Assembly (NCBI RefSeq): GCF_902652985.1
Contig: NC_047027.1
Location: forward strand, 24,490,001-24,554,000
Length of the DNA stretch: 64,000 bases
Origin: Pecten maximus
Taxonomy: Eukaryota
Direction of reading: 5' to 3'
Shown here: piece after piece, positions 37,420 through 49,980 of the stretch
How the letters are laid out: each line of letters starts with the position of its first letter
Numbering within the stretch: the first letter of the stretch is position 1
Notes under the pieces: model-generated
The model's database searches: none
What the model was told of the DNA's origin: nothing
What the model saw: only the letters and a program-made list of their open reading frames with translations
Position numbers and translations under genes: made by a program

Positions 37420-37869
37420 GTCATCATAATCATAATCGTATCATACTAATCATCATCATCATAATCATCATATTCATCACCATCNNNNNNNNNNNNNNNN
37501 NNNNNNNNNNNNNNNNNNNNNNNNNNNNNNNNNNNNNNNNNNNNNNNNNNNNNNNNNNNNNNNNNNNNNNNNNNNNNNNNNNNNNNNNNNNNNNNNNNNN
37601 NNNNNNNNNNNNNNNNNNNNNNNNNNNNNNNNNNNNNNNNNNNNNNNNNNNNCTCATCATCATCATAGTAATCATCATCATAATCTCATCATCATAGTAA
37701 TCATCCAAATCTCATCATCATCATCATAATATCATCATCTTCATCATCATCATCATTGTAGTCTTATCATCATGCTATTCATCATCATCATCTCATCATC
37801 ATAACTATAATCTCATCGTCATCATAATCATCATCATTGTAATATTATCATCATACTCATCATCATACT

Positions 37870-37913
<44 letters not shown>
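37420..37913. repeat. (ATC)n microsatellite containing an N gap (37485-37652)
   Basis: Seen directly. Confidence 0.95.
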
Positions 37914-38239
37914 ATTAAACAAGGAGATAAATACATAAAAAAAAACATACATACTCCTATACTTGTATATATATTCTGATAAACATTCACCCACACACAC
38001 ACACACACATACATATTCAGTTTCCTGGTAGCCTGATCAATCCTGTCGAGGGCTCAGTTTCTGTGTTGGTCATATCAACTCTTGCCACGTCAACTGAGCC
38101 ATCGGCACGATTAACAAGGCTCCACATTGATTACACCAACTACATCTAGCATATACACACAAAACATACATACGCATTCAAAACAATATCATAGCCACAT
38201 GTACATGAGAGAGAGAGAGAGAGAGAGAGAGACCTTGTT

Positions 38240-38560
38240 TTCATCCAAACCCCTATACATATATACTTTGATTGTCATTTCTACCATATAGATATATACT
38301 TTGATTGACATCCCTACCTTATACATATATATTTTGATTGACATCCCTATCCTATACATATATATTTTGATTGACATCCCTATCCTATACATGTATACTT
38401 TGATTGTCATCCCTTACTATATGCATATATACTTTGGTTCTCATCCTTGCTCTATACATATATACTTTGATTGTCATTCCTACTCTATAAATATATACTT
38501 TGATTGTCATCCCTACCCTATACATATATACTTTGTAATCCCTGCTTTATACATATATGC
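38240..38560. repeat. 33-bp minisatellite (~10 degenerate units), preceded by (GA)n
   Basis: Unit CCTATACATATATACTTTGATTGTCATCCCTAC. Confidence 0.9.
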
Positions 38561-38912
38561 AGTAAAATTATTTAAGAGCCCCTCCAATGGATTATCGAAA
38601 GTCACATATGTCCGTTGGTCTCTAGATCAAATCACCACTTTTCGACAAATGACTTAGCAAGACAATATCAGAATATTTAGCTGCAGCATACATTGCGTTT
38701 TAAAACCATATACAACATCATACAACATACATGTAAATGAATTTAATATTAGCAAAACCATAACTTTAAAAAAATGGAGTATTTAAATAGAAAGTTGATG
38801 AAAAATTATATTTAAGAGAATGATAATTTTCAATAATTTCTTATTTAAAAGATGATTTTCTTTGTAAAATCAATTTGCTAAATGGATCAAAATATATATA
38901 ACAATCATTATC

Positions 38913-39091
38913 ATGTTTAACGTCCTATTAACAGCAACGGTCATTTTAGGTTTTGTAGGTACCCGGAGAAAAAACACCGGCCTACCGTCAGTATCAGACA
39001 ACTTGTCCACGTGGGTTTCCAACTCGCAACCCAGATATGAAGTGCTAGTGAGAAAGTATCTGGACACCTTAACCACTTGGCCACCGCGGTC
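38913..39091 (-). mobile_element. tRNA-derived SINE (same family as 20534-20758), internally deleted
   Basis: Reverse strand GACCGCGGTGGCCAAGTGGTTAAG...GAGTTGGAAACCCACGTG...TAGGACGTTAAAC. Confidence 0.8.
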
Positions 39092-40756
39092 TTCTATCAC
39101 AATCAATAAAACTATACCTCTATTGCTATTAAGCAACGAATAATACCTTTAAGTAGTAACCATGCACCGTTCCTGAGATATATGTCCACATGTGAAATCA
39201 GTTTCGTGCCCTAGTCACACTTGCAAAAATGGTCGCTAATCTGCATCTTCTTACACTTATCGGTTACCGGGTCTAAAATTAGAGACTCTTCTATGTTTAC
39301 CAAACTGAGACGCATTTTAATTGCTCAACCATACTAATGGCGTCTCTTAATGAGATCACCCCATGGCACTCTGCACTGTAATTGTGCAGATCAATATCAC
39401 TTTGACACTTCGAAATTTGCTGTCAAATTTAAGTAGAACTTTTACCCCGCTTGTTGAGAAGCTGCTGCATCGATAATTAAATCTTAAAACAAAACATTTA
39501 AAGACAAGCTGAATCATCATCTTCATATCTTATATAAAGATAAATGTCAAAGTTCAAATAAGTGATCCAGCATATTTCAGTTAATCATTATTAGATAATT
39601 GATCATAAATATGCCGCTGTCGAGATAATTAGTACTCCTCTGATCATGTGCACGTATTTATGCACATGTCAAGTTTTATCTTGTATGTATGTACAGCTTA
39701 AGCCTCATCTGCTTTCCATATATCATAATCGGTATAGTGAAATCACGTACAGGTATACGTATATACTTAGCAATTGTATATACGTTAAAGTAATATATTG
39801 CAATATATGATTGAAAATGATACTTTTTGGTGATACGAGCGTTTTGTCACCTGGGCACATTACCTTTAATGTTATGGGTATATTGTGTATTTCGCATGGG
39901 ACTTCCGGCATTTGAAATCACATACCAATAGTAACTGAAAAAGCCACTTTTAAATTTGTCTCACTTTATCGGTCAACGTAGAGGAGATTTCCTTCTCGAA
40001 CAGACATGAACCTTCATCTGAGTAAGTTTCAAAATGTTCAATATTTCTTATTGGATAACATTGTACAGAAGATGGTTTCCTGTCTAGATAAAATGCACTG
40101 TGTTCTACAAATGTGTACAAATTCATCGAAAGATCATGAGGACAAACCTAAACTTTATATCATAGACGTTTCTATCTAAGTAATATCACTTGCTAAAATA
40201 GAAACTTTGTAAATAAGGTAGCACAGCACAAACCACTCTCCTGATAGCATAAGCTTTAACTTTCAAAGAGCTAAAATACATCCCTAGAGCTTTCCGAAAA
40301 CAAATATTTTTTAAAATTCTTTGGATAGATAACACCAGAAACTACTTTTTCTCCTTTCGTGAAATTGCTACTTTGTTAAAACATGTGCACGATTCTGCTT
40401 TATTTTTTTCTGCTACAGGTATTACGGGATTTAGTTCATAACATACCCATTTAAATATACCAATTGTACCTGCATATCTATGTAACATCATAAGGATTGT
40501 TTGGTGTGCCCAGGTGTAGTGCTCAAATAAATGATGACATACAAATGTATTATATCAATTAGTCACATATTTAATGCATACAACTAGGTAAATGAAAGAT
40601 GAAAGACACAAGAGATACGCAAGACGATATAATCATTTAATTTTCTGAAAATATATACATGTAAAAAACATAACTAACCTGATACATAATATATACATGT
40701 ATGCCTGTGGAAGGAGTAACACATATTGCCAAAAAAAAAGTTAATTTTATGACTGA

Positions 40757-40907
40757 TGCCATTACTGGGCTTCGAACTCACGATCTACTGCACCTTATCG
40801 CATAGCCAGAAATCCCCAGAGCTTTAACCGACGCGCCCCATCTACGTTCGTAAAAAGAGACGTTTCAATGGCGCAGTTGTTGTCGGCGCGATACCCTGAC
40901 ATGATCA
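40757..40907 (-). mobile_element. Interspersed repeat with an internal tRNA-like segment (copy 2)
   Basis: Homologous to 6283-6445; both translate MIMSGYRAD..CAIE. Confidence 0.65.
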
Positions 40908-41319
40908 TAATAACTAATCGTCTATTTGTTGATATAACTACCTTGATCGCAATGTATATGCATATATGAAAGCGAATGATACACATACTATATACTATCA
41001 ACACATTACAATGAAAAAAAAAGGAAACTTAAATCTTTAACGTTCCAATCAATAGCACATATTGCATATGATGCAACCTAAATGTTATGAAAAAAAGATA
41101 CGTCAAGATTGTTTTGGAAAACAAACAAAGTTAATCAAAATTGCCCATTGAATGAACTATTATTTGAACGTTCAATCAACGACTGCGCAAAACGTATATG
41201 AAGCATACATGTACAACAAGAATCTAGAGATTATTCCCTTTACACTTAAAGGCGGATTTTTTTTTGTTATAAATAGCTCTATTTGGTAAGATCATGGTCG
41301 TAATAGGATCACAGATGTG

Positions 41320-41897
41320 TGTTAAAATTGTGTATTACATATAGGTTTGTGTATTTAAATTGCATTTGTGTATTACATATACATGTACATGTAAATGTAT
41401 TACATGTAAATATGTTTATCACATGCACATATGTCTATGTGTGCTATGTATGTGTATGACCTGTACATATGTGTATTGAAGTACGCTTGTGTATTATATA
41501 CTCGAATTTTTCGCATTATGTATATATGTAAACATGGTAATGTTTGGGTATAATGTTTACATGTATTATGATTGTGTATTATGTGTACACGCATTATATG
41601 TATATGTATAATATTTGTGTATTATATATAAATATATTCTGCTTGAGTATAATGTGTACAATATGTTTGTGTATTAGGTGTACATGTATTGTGTTTGAGT
41701 AGTATATGTACATGCATGTTTGTGTAATACATATACATGTATTATGCTTAGGTATAAATGTTTACCCTATGTTTGTGTACATGTAATATGTTTGGGAATA
41801 ATGTTTACATGTTTTATATTTATGTGTGGTGTGTACATGGAATATGTTTGTGTATTATTTGCATCAATATTATGTTTGGGTATAATGCGTATATGTA
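41320..41897. repeat. Low-complexity TG/TA-rich degenerate tandem repeat
   Basis: Recurring TGTTTGTGTATTA/ATGTGTACA words. Confidence 0.7.
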
Positions 41898-41898
41898 T

Positions 41899-43159
41899 TT
41901 ATTTTTGTGTACAAGTCTTGTATGCGTATAGACCGTGTTCCTTAATCAATTTCTTTAAAAACATGGCACCCTTCACAAATATATCCAAGCAATCCCTCCT
42001 TTTTAGAACAAAGGGCCTGTTCCACTTGCTCCCTTCAAATGACGCCTGAGCGTTTTTCATCTTTGTTGATAATACTAACGAACACAATTCATGATAGTTC
42101 GCTCTAGTTCGTTTGAAGTAAGCAAGCTCGTGATAAAAATCAGGAGGTTGTTTGTATAACATTGTTTTCATTTTTTTTTCAGAAAAAAAATCATACAGAA
42201 AATAATCAAGGTATGATTTATTCCTATACAGGCTTTCCTCGTTCGATCCAAATTGTAGTCGAGGATCTGCTTGACGATTAGTATTGATGCCAGCATACAG
42301 AATATATCTAATATCCCAGTTTAAAATACGTCGCATCAGAATTAGGGATTCATCAAGAACTACTAACACGATATCCATCTCCTTATTAAGTTTACGTAAA
42401 TATCCCTTTATTTCATCTTCATCGGCATTAAAAAATAATTCCTGGGGAAATCCAAACTCGTTCGCCATCATATTAAACTCGTGCGAAACATTGCCACCTA
42501 TAGGGAAAAAACCTGAAAAAATCTTACAAATGATTGAAATTGGCTGAATGGTTCCCTCACAGCTCCTATGTAAATAGTATCGTTATGTAACACTTTACTG
42601 AATTCTGATCTGTTGTAAGGGACATGTCCACAGGTTATATCATAGTACTTTTTGTTATCGGGTGGTGGGAAGAAGTATTCTGGTGTCAGTGAAGGCCCAC
42701 CTGAACCATGACATCTAGGCAGAGCGAACACGAGATCATTTTCATAGCCGTAACGAAGTAATATATTCGCTACAGTTGTACTTGCGGCCTTGTGTATCTT
42801 AAGGAAGGCTATATGACGAACAGGGCTACCATTTTGAATATATTGGCTCTCATTATAAAATCCCTTTCTATCAGTGAGAGTTGGGGATGAGGAGTTTCCT
42901 TTGATTTTCATATCTGGTGACGTGTATCCTTGTCCATTGATACTAGGCAATATATATTTTCCGTATGAAATCTCCCTTTTACGAAAGAAATTTACCTCAT
43001 CAGGGTTGTTCCGCACACGCAAAGTGACTGTTCCAGCTTGGTCGTTGACGTTAGTTCGTAAACGATACAAAATTACCAGTACTCACAAGGCAGCAAAAAC
43101 ATTCCTTAAAAACACAATAATCTGTTCTGAAAAGGCTCTATTTTGGTTACGACTTTAAA
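41899..43159 (-). pseudogene. Galactose-3-O-sulfotransferase (GAL3ST-family) pseudogene, single large exon
   Basis: IAFLKIHKAASTTVANILLRYG (5'-PSB), IGAVREPFSQFQS (3'-PB), NMMANEFG, LDESLILMRRILNW, LDYFLYDFF. In-frame TGA in the signal anchor (~43083), no in-frame ATG after the acceptor at 43160, and a frameshifting deletion at ~42510. Confidence 0.88.
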
Positions 43160-45714
43160 CTGAACGCAAAAAAAAAAAAAAAAAAAAAAATAGAAATATT
43201 TAAGAGGTTTATCGCCAATACTGCACATAAAGCTATGTAAGTAAAGCTGTACCAACATAATCTACAATCAAATTGACATTGAGAATGTTGAACTTTTTCC
43301 TTTATGCTTCCTACCAACAACGCCCCCGTCTTTTGATCCCTGAAGTGACAGCAATACAAACGAGTGCTAATAAATCAATCAACGTGGAGCAATACAACAG
43401 AAACTATCTACATTTCAGCGAAGCGTAATTCTGACTCAAAATCTATGAAAAAAAAAATATATATACACATAAAAAAAATTACGGTGACAATTCACAAAGT
43501 AAGATAAGGTATTTTGGGGCCTTAATGTAAAAGTTTTCATGGAAAAGCATTAAGAGAATTTAGATAACGGAAGGTTCCTTAACTCAGATTTTCCCTAAAG
43601 TTCTGCAATGCTTTCCTATTGGGAAATATTGGTTAATAATTTCCTTCAATTTTTGAACGTTGGTGAAACAGGGTCTACTTGGAAAAGCGTCTACTGCTTC
43701 ATCGACAACACTTTTCATCTAAGTTAATGTAAAATCCGGTCTTTGTTAAATATCTCCGGGCTAATCTATATGGATATTTATATTTTCCCAATTTTTGTCG
43801 ATTTTGAGTTATGATTACGTTTCTTTTCGTGTTGGTACTCTTTGCCTTTCTCTGATTGCAGGGGTTTTTCGGTTCTATTAAATGGAAACATTCGTTTTTT
43901 GTGATACTGTGATGCATTGTCAGGTGAAAGTTGAAACAAACATACTTTTAATTTCCTTGTGGAGATTTCAAGCATGCTCATACAATTTTTTTCTCTGTAT
44001 TGTTTTGAAAGATAGCATAAACATCGTAGTGTTAATGATTCTTAGAGGTTAAAATCAGAGGAAAATAAAAGCAAAAATGACGAACAATGTCAAAATGATT
44101 AACAATGATGAAATGACACGATGCTAAGAATAATAAGTCTTATGTAATACAATAGAAACAGTGTGTAGTCATCGAAACGTCAAGACTCCTATCACTGGTT
44201 TTGCTATACTAACCGTTACATTTGTTTTGATTTCCACTGCGTTCCGCAGTGTATCATTAAGGAAACCCAGTTGCAAACAAACATGTCTTTGTTATACTAA
44301 ATGCAAAATTATAACACAATTAAATTTGTTACATCCGTATATAGGCCCTAAAATTAACAGAGTATACTTACCACAGTATTTTAGGCAACCCAGGCCGATT
44401 CCTTATTTCACTAAAGAACCGCATTTCTTAAAATCATTTATCGAGTCCTGATACGTCGTAAGAAATATATTTATTATCTGACAAGATATCGGTAGCTCTG
44501 GCAGTAGATGGTGGATGGGGACGTTCAGTCATCTGCGTAGTGAAAGATGAACTTGCCACGTATGGTAATCATATCCTGTCATGTAATATATGTTAGCCTG
44601 ACAACCAGATAATAAAATAAAGTAAGTGCCCTGGGCAATGCGGGCGACATTTAATAATCACAGCACTTTTCTTACGGGAGAATTTCTGAAATCTCACACT
44701 TTTAAAGTCCCTTTAGCCAATGTGGGGAAAACATTTTAAAAAATCATATGGTTGGAAGGATATGCAGGTGGTCGCCATTGATCACTGTCCTACCTGAAAT
44801 GAAACGAAACGTCGTTCCAGAGAAAGATACTGGATCACCAATCTCCAAACCTGCTACCCTCGGGGTATGAACGAACGTTAAAGACGTCTTCTGGATATAC
44901 TCTCCATCTGACCATTACATCTGACTATTCATGTAGTTAATTATTCAATTTGTTAAATTTTTCATAATTGCTGTCCTTTTTGGGGCATCTATTCATTTTT
45001 GCTCTTTGAGACTCACATTTAGTCGCCTCCCGCCATCATGCAACAGCATCTTGGTCCGACTTGGTCCGAATCGTCTGTTTCCCGTAGCGTCCTGTAGGGA
45101 CACTTCGGCATTCGTATTTCTTATATTCTCAGTCTTGATAAATATTTGTAGCAGTTTTTTCACACCACTCTCTATAATTCTTATGATCTAACACATATTT
45201 TTCTAAAGTTTTTCAGACTTTGTACACGATATTTAATAAATCACTGTAGAGACGATAATGCAACATTTTTTATATAAATGCAATGTCGTCCACTAGCAGT
45301 GTTTAGGGACGAATCGTCTTTGAACTCTTCGGAATACTTTCACGTGCGGGGGAATTCAAAATATCTCTGCCGTTGGTCGCATAGCGTTCTAGTGTTTGAA
45401 CATGATGCAGTCACGCTAGTATCCGCCTTCGGCCCACGTTTGCCGAAGGGTTCATTGTGGTTTCTCCAGTTACTAAAACATTATTCTTATTGTATTTTAT
45501 TGTATTTCCAGTACTTCTTATATATATTATGTGATTGTATTTGTGATTTTTTGTGTTTTGATAAAGGGGCGGATTGCCTCGAAAATGTAACAAACCTTAG
45601 TGTTTACACTGTTTGAATTACTTCTTTGCCCCATATATATATATCTATATATATATAGAACAAGGCTTTGCCCTCCAAGGCTTTTTAAGCTGAACTCTTC
45701 AAAACATTTTTGAG

Positions 45715-46335
45715 TACATAGAGGAAATTGAATTGTTTCCCGTTTTATAAAAGATATATTTCACGAGTATAACAGAATATCGATATTTTCACGAGTGCGA
45801 AGCACAAGTGAAAAATATCGAAACATTCTGTCATACGAGTGAAATAAATGTTATATTAAACGGGAAATCATTCAATTTTCTTTTCATTGCATATTTTTAT
45901 ACTTAAAAAGAAAAATTAAAAACAGCGAAATATTGAAATTGTCAGAAAATGCGGGAATTAGTAACATAATTCAAGACGTCATCTCTTTGTGACGTTACTC
46001 GACGTCAACTTGACGGCGCCATTGTAAGAGGACTGGTCCACGCAATTTAAGCGTTTTCTGCTGTTATCGGAGATTCTGTGCAAGTATAACTAACGTCAAG
46101 TGAGTATTTTGTCAAAAATAGTCTTTTTTTCAGAAATACAGCAAAATAGCTCATTAAAAAAAGAAAAAAGGTTTCAATGAAATTAATACAAAGGTTCGCT
46201 ATGATTGGTCAAATACGAAAAACTTTTATATTCACTGCAAACTTTCATTTTCACTGCAAAATCTTGTATTTACACTGCTCATCCCTGCAGTGAAATATAA
46301 GTTTAAATAGTTTGAAAAGATTCTTTATTTCACTG
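45715..46335. mobile_element. Non-autonomous foldback element with internal palindrome
   Basis: GAAATTGAATTGTTTCCCGTTT..TTTCACGAGTGCGAAGCACAAGTGAAA..AAACGGGAAATCATTCAATTTTC; GACGTCA and TGATTGGTC motifs; related to 16225-16540. Confidence 0.65.
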
Positions 46336-47859
46336 ACAAAAAATGCAATAAATGAGAATACTCTAGATCGTGTCGCTGTCGGAGTCAAACGTGAAAAGTA
46401 GGTTACGATAAACCTCGGGGACTGAAAAAAGCATCTAAGCAGTATCTAAATAATCTCAGTTAAGTGCACATGTAACAGTCAGGTTAAACTCAAGAATAGA
46501 GACCCATTTCTGTCGTTTAAGCTCTCTTTGTAAATCAAGCGTTTTTCCACATTGACCGGCTTATTAGAGATATGAGTAGGTGTATTGATTCTATAAAGTC
46601 TGAAAACGTCGTGAAAACGTCGTCAATGGACAAATTCAAATTTTTTTTGACAACTATATAAGCAGACCATTCCTATAAATATACACTTGTGAACATCACA
46701 TCAGGTTACCAGCAAGTTGAAGCATGCCGTGGCCGATCTATAAAAGAGCACATTTTCTATTGATAACCTTGGTCTAACTTGTGCTCTTACAATTTTTCGA
46801 TGGCTAATAGAAAAAATGTATTATTTATTCTAGATGTCATTATCATCTTTTTTCAAAACCACCAAATCTTCAAAGTGGAAACTCTTTAAATGCTCTATTT
46901 CCTATCTCGGTACCTAGGTATAAGATTTGTAAACGCTTTTAAAGCCATGAGTTCATAAATAGTATCATTGTATTCGTTATTCAGTATGTGAGATAATAAT
47001 ATCACAGGGAGATTTGTTCACAAATACCACCAATAAGTGTACAATCTTTTTTTTTCGGCTAAGTAATTTATTACATTTATCAAAGGAATAACAATATATA
47101 ACTGGTATAGGAACCACAGAACCAAATCAAAAATAGATTGTTGGTTTTCCCCGTCTGGGCAGAAGACGGGTGAATACATCGGGGCCTACTAATTGGATAT
47201 TCAGGTGAGAGAAGTTTCCAAAGTTGTATGTGTGGGCTGGGCAATACATGTAGATGTAAAATATATAGGGGGGAAATCTAGCCTTTTTTTGTCAGGGGGA
47301 GTTAATTGAATGTTTATTTTGTTGTAAATTTCGGTGAATTTTCGGTGTTTAATTCAATAGCATATGGTGGCCCCAATATAAAAATTGTTCAAATTGGTAG
47401 AATTCTTAAACATTCTATTTACGGGTTTCCGAGATGATATTTTTCAAAATTATGGCTAGTGGACCAGTGTTGAAAACTCCATTTAAGCAGAATGGTGGTA
47501 AACGTTAACGTTATCGTCTATTGAGAATCATTTGGTTCCGTGGTTCCTATAAACAACATGTTTATAGCATATTTGCAAGTGAACTACAGAAATTAATAAA
47601 ACTGATAAAACTTATATTATCACTGCAGCGATAAGCTGTAAAAGTATAAGATTTTGCAATGAAAATATAAGTTTTACAGTAAAAATAATTATAAAAGCTT
47701 CGCACTCGTGAAATATTGCATTTGTACCATATCGTATATTCTTTGATTGCCATCCCCATCCTGTACATATATAGAATACATCGTGTGTTTGTGACACTCG
47801 GCATGGGTGGATTTTCTGATTCAGATAGGATATTATTTATCAACATGCTTGAATATATA

Positions 47860-48290
47860 ACCTATATATTTATACTTTGATGGCCATTCCTAACCTATAT
47901 ATTTATACTTTGATGGCCATTCCTAACTTTATATTTATACTTTGATGGCCATTCCTAACCTATATATTTATACTTTGATGGTCATTCCTAACCTATATAT
48001 TTATATCTTGATGGCCATTCCTAACCTATATATTTATACTTTGATGGCCATTCCTAACCTACATGTATATATGTATGCTTTGTTTGTCATCCCTAACCTA
48101 TATATTTATACTTTGATGGCCATTCCTAACTTTATATTTATACTTTGATGGTCATTCCTAACCTATATATTTATACTTTGATGGCCATTCCTAACCTATA
48201 TATTTATACTTTGATGGCCATTCCTAACCTATATATTTATACTTTGATGGCCATTCCTAACCTATATATTTATACTTTGATGGTTATCTC
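47860..48290. repeat. 33-bp minisatellite (~13 units)
   Basis: Unit TTTGATGGCCATTCCTAACCTATATATTTATAC. Confidence 0.96.
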
Positions 48291-48609
48291 TACTCCCTTC
48301 ATGTTTGCTTTCATCCCACTTCCTACCATATACACATGTACTGGTACTTAGCTTACCCTCTCTTTCCTAATTATATACGTGATATCCATCGAGTGTGTGT
48401 GTACTCAATTATATGTTTAGAAACCCATCAATTGTTTGTGTAATCCAACAATTGTTTTGCAATTCATCAATTGCTTTGCAATCAATTAATTGTAAACAGC
48501 TGTACGACTGATCCACCAACTGTATCAGTAGCCATTACTGTACGTGTAATCCAGCACTTGTATGTTTACACTTTCAAATGTTTGTGAAAATTAATTAATT
48601 GGATATGTA

Positions 48610-49525
48610 ATTCATTAATTGTATGTGTACTCCATCCATTGTACGAATAATCCATCAATTGTACGTGTATTTCATCCATTAATTATGCGTGTACTCAATC
48701 GATGGTACGTATACTCCATCCATTGTACGTGTAATCCATCAATTATGCGTGTACTCCATCCATTGTACGTGTAATCCATCCATTGTACGTGTACTCCACC
48801 CATTGTACGTATAATCCATCCATTGTACGTGTAATCCATCAATTGTGCGTGTACTCCACCCATTGTACGTATGATCCATCCATTGTACGTGTAATCCATC
48901 AGTTGTGCGTGTAATCCATCAATTGTGCGTATAATCCATCCATTGTACGTGTAATCCATCAATTGTGCGTGTAATCCATCAATTGTACGTGTACTCCATC
49001 CATTGTACGTATAATACATCCATTGTACGTGTAATCCATCAATTGTGCGTGTAATCCATCAATTGTGCGTGTACTCCATCCATTGTACGTGTAATCCATC
49101 CATTGTACGTATAATCCATCCATTGTACGTATAATCTATCCATTGTACGTGTAATCCATCAATTGTGCGTGTACTCCACCCATTGTACGTATAATCCATC
49201 CATTGTACGTGTAATCCATCAAGTGTGCGTGTAATCCATCAATTGTGCGTATAATCCATCCATTGTACGTGTAATCCATCAATTGTACGTGTACTCCATC
49301 CATTGTACGTATAAGCCATCAAATGTACTTGTAATCCATCAATTGTGCGTGTAATCCATCAATTGTACGTGTACTCCATCCATTGTACGTGTAATTCATC
49401 CAGTGTATGTGTGTTACATCCATCGTACGTGTAAATCATCCATTATACGTGTAATCCATCAATTGTACGTGTACTCCATCCATTGTACGTGTAATCCATC
49501 CAGTCTACGTGTAATCCATTAATTG
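48610..49525. repeat. 20-bp minisatellite (~45 units)
   Basis: Unit CATTGTACGTGTAATCCATC with variants; decayed units extend left to ~48420. Confidence 0.97.
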
Positions 49526-49980
49526 AACGGGCAATATATCATAGTTATAAATGCAATATATTAGTTGTTCCAAATATCAATTTTTTGTACGTTTAATCCA
49601 CTAGATTTACCTGTAAATCACTAAAATGTAAGCAATTACGACAACTGTTTGTGGTTTATCAAAAGACCAATCAATTAAAATGTAAACAGAATACCGTGAT
49701 ATCAAATAATCATATAATGACACACGTGGGCTAGCAAAACAATAAAACACAGATACCTAAGTATGCATATCATCAAATTGTAACGCAACCCTGTTCTGTA
49801 ATATTTGCATTATTTTTTTTAAATAAGCTCGCTGTTGATCTATTTAAAGCTGTCAACAAACTTGGTATTATATATGTATTACGAATAAATGCTAAGACAT
49901 CTAAAACAACAATTGTGATGTCTGAAATTGTGCTATGAACCGAGAGTAATTGATAATTGCCTAATTACAAATGATGAAGA

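Noticed and set aside
47942-49019. Repetitive ORFs such as MAIPNLYIYTL and MDYTYNGW (also 38189-38657)
   Set aside because: Translations of minisatellites with no splice or domain support.
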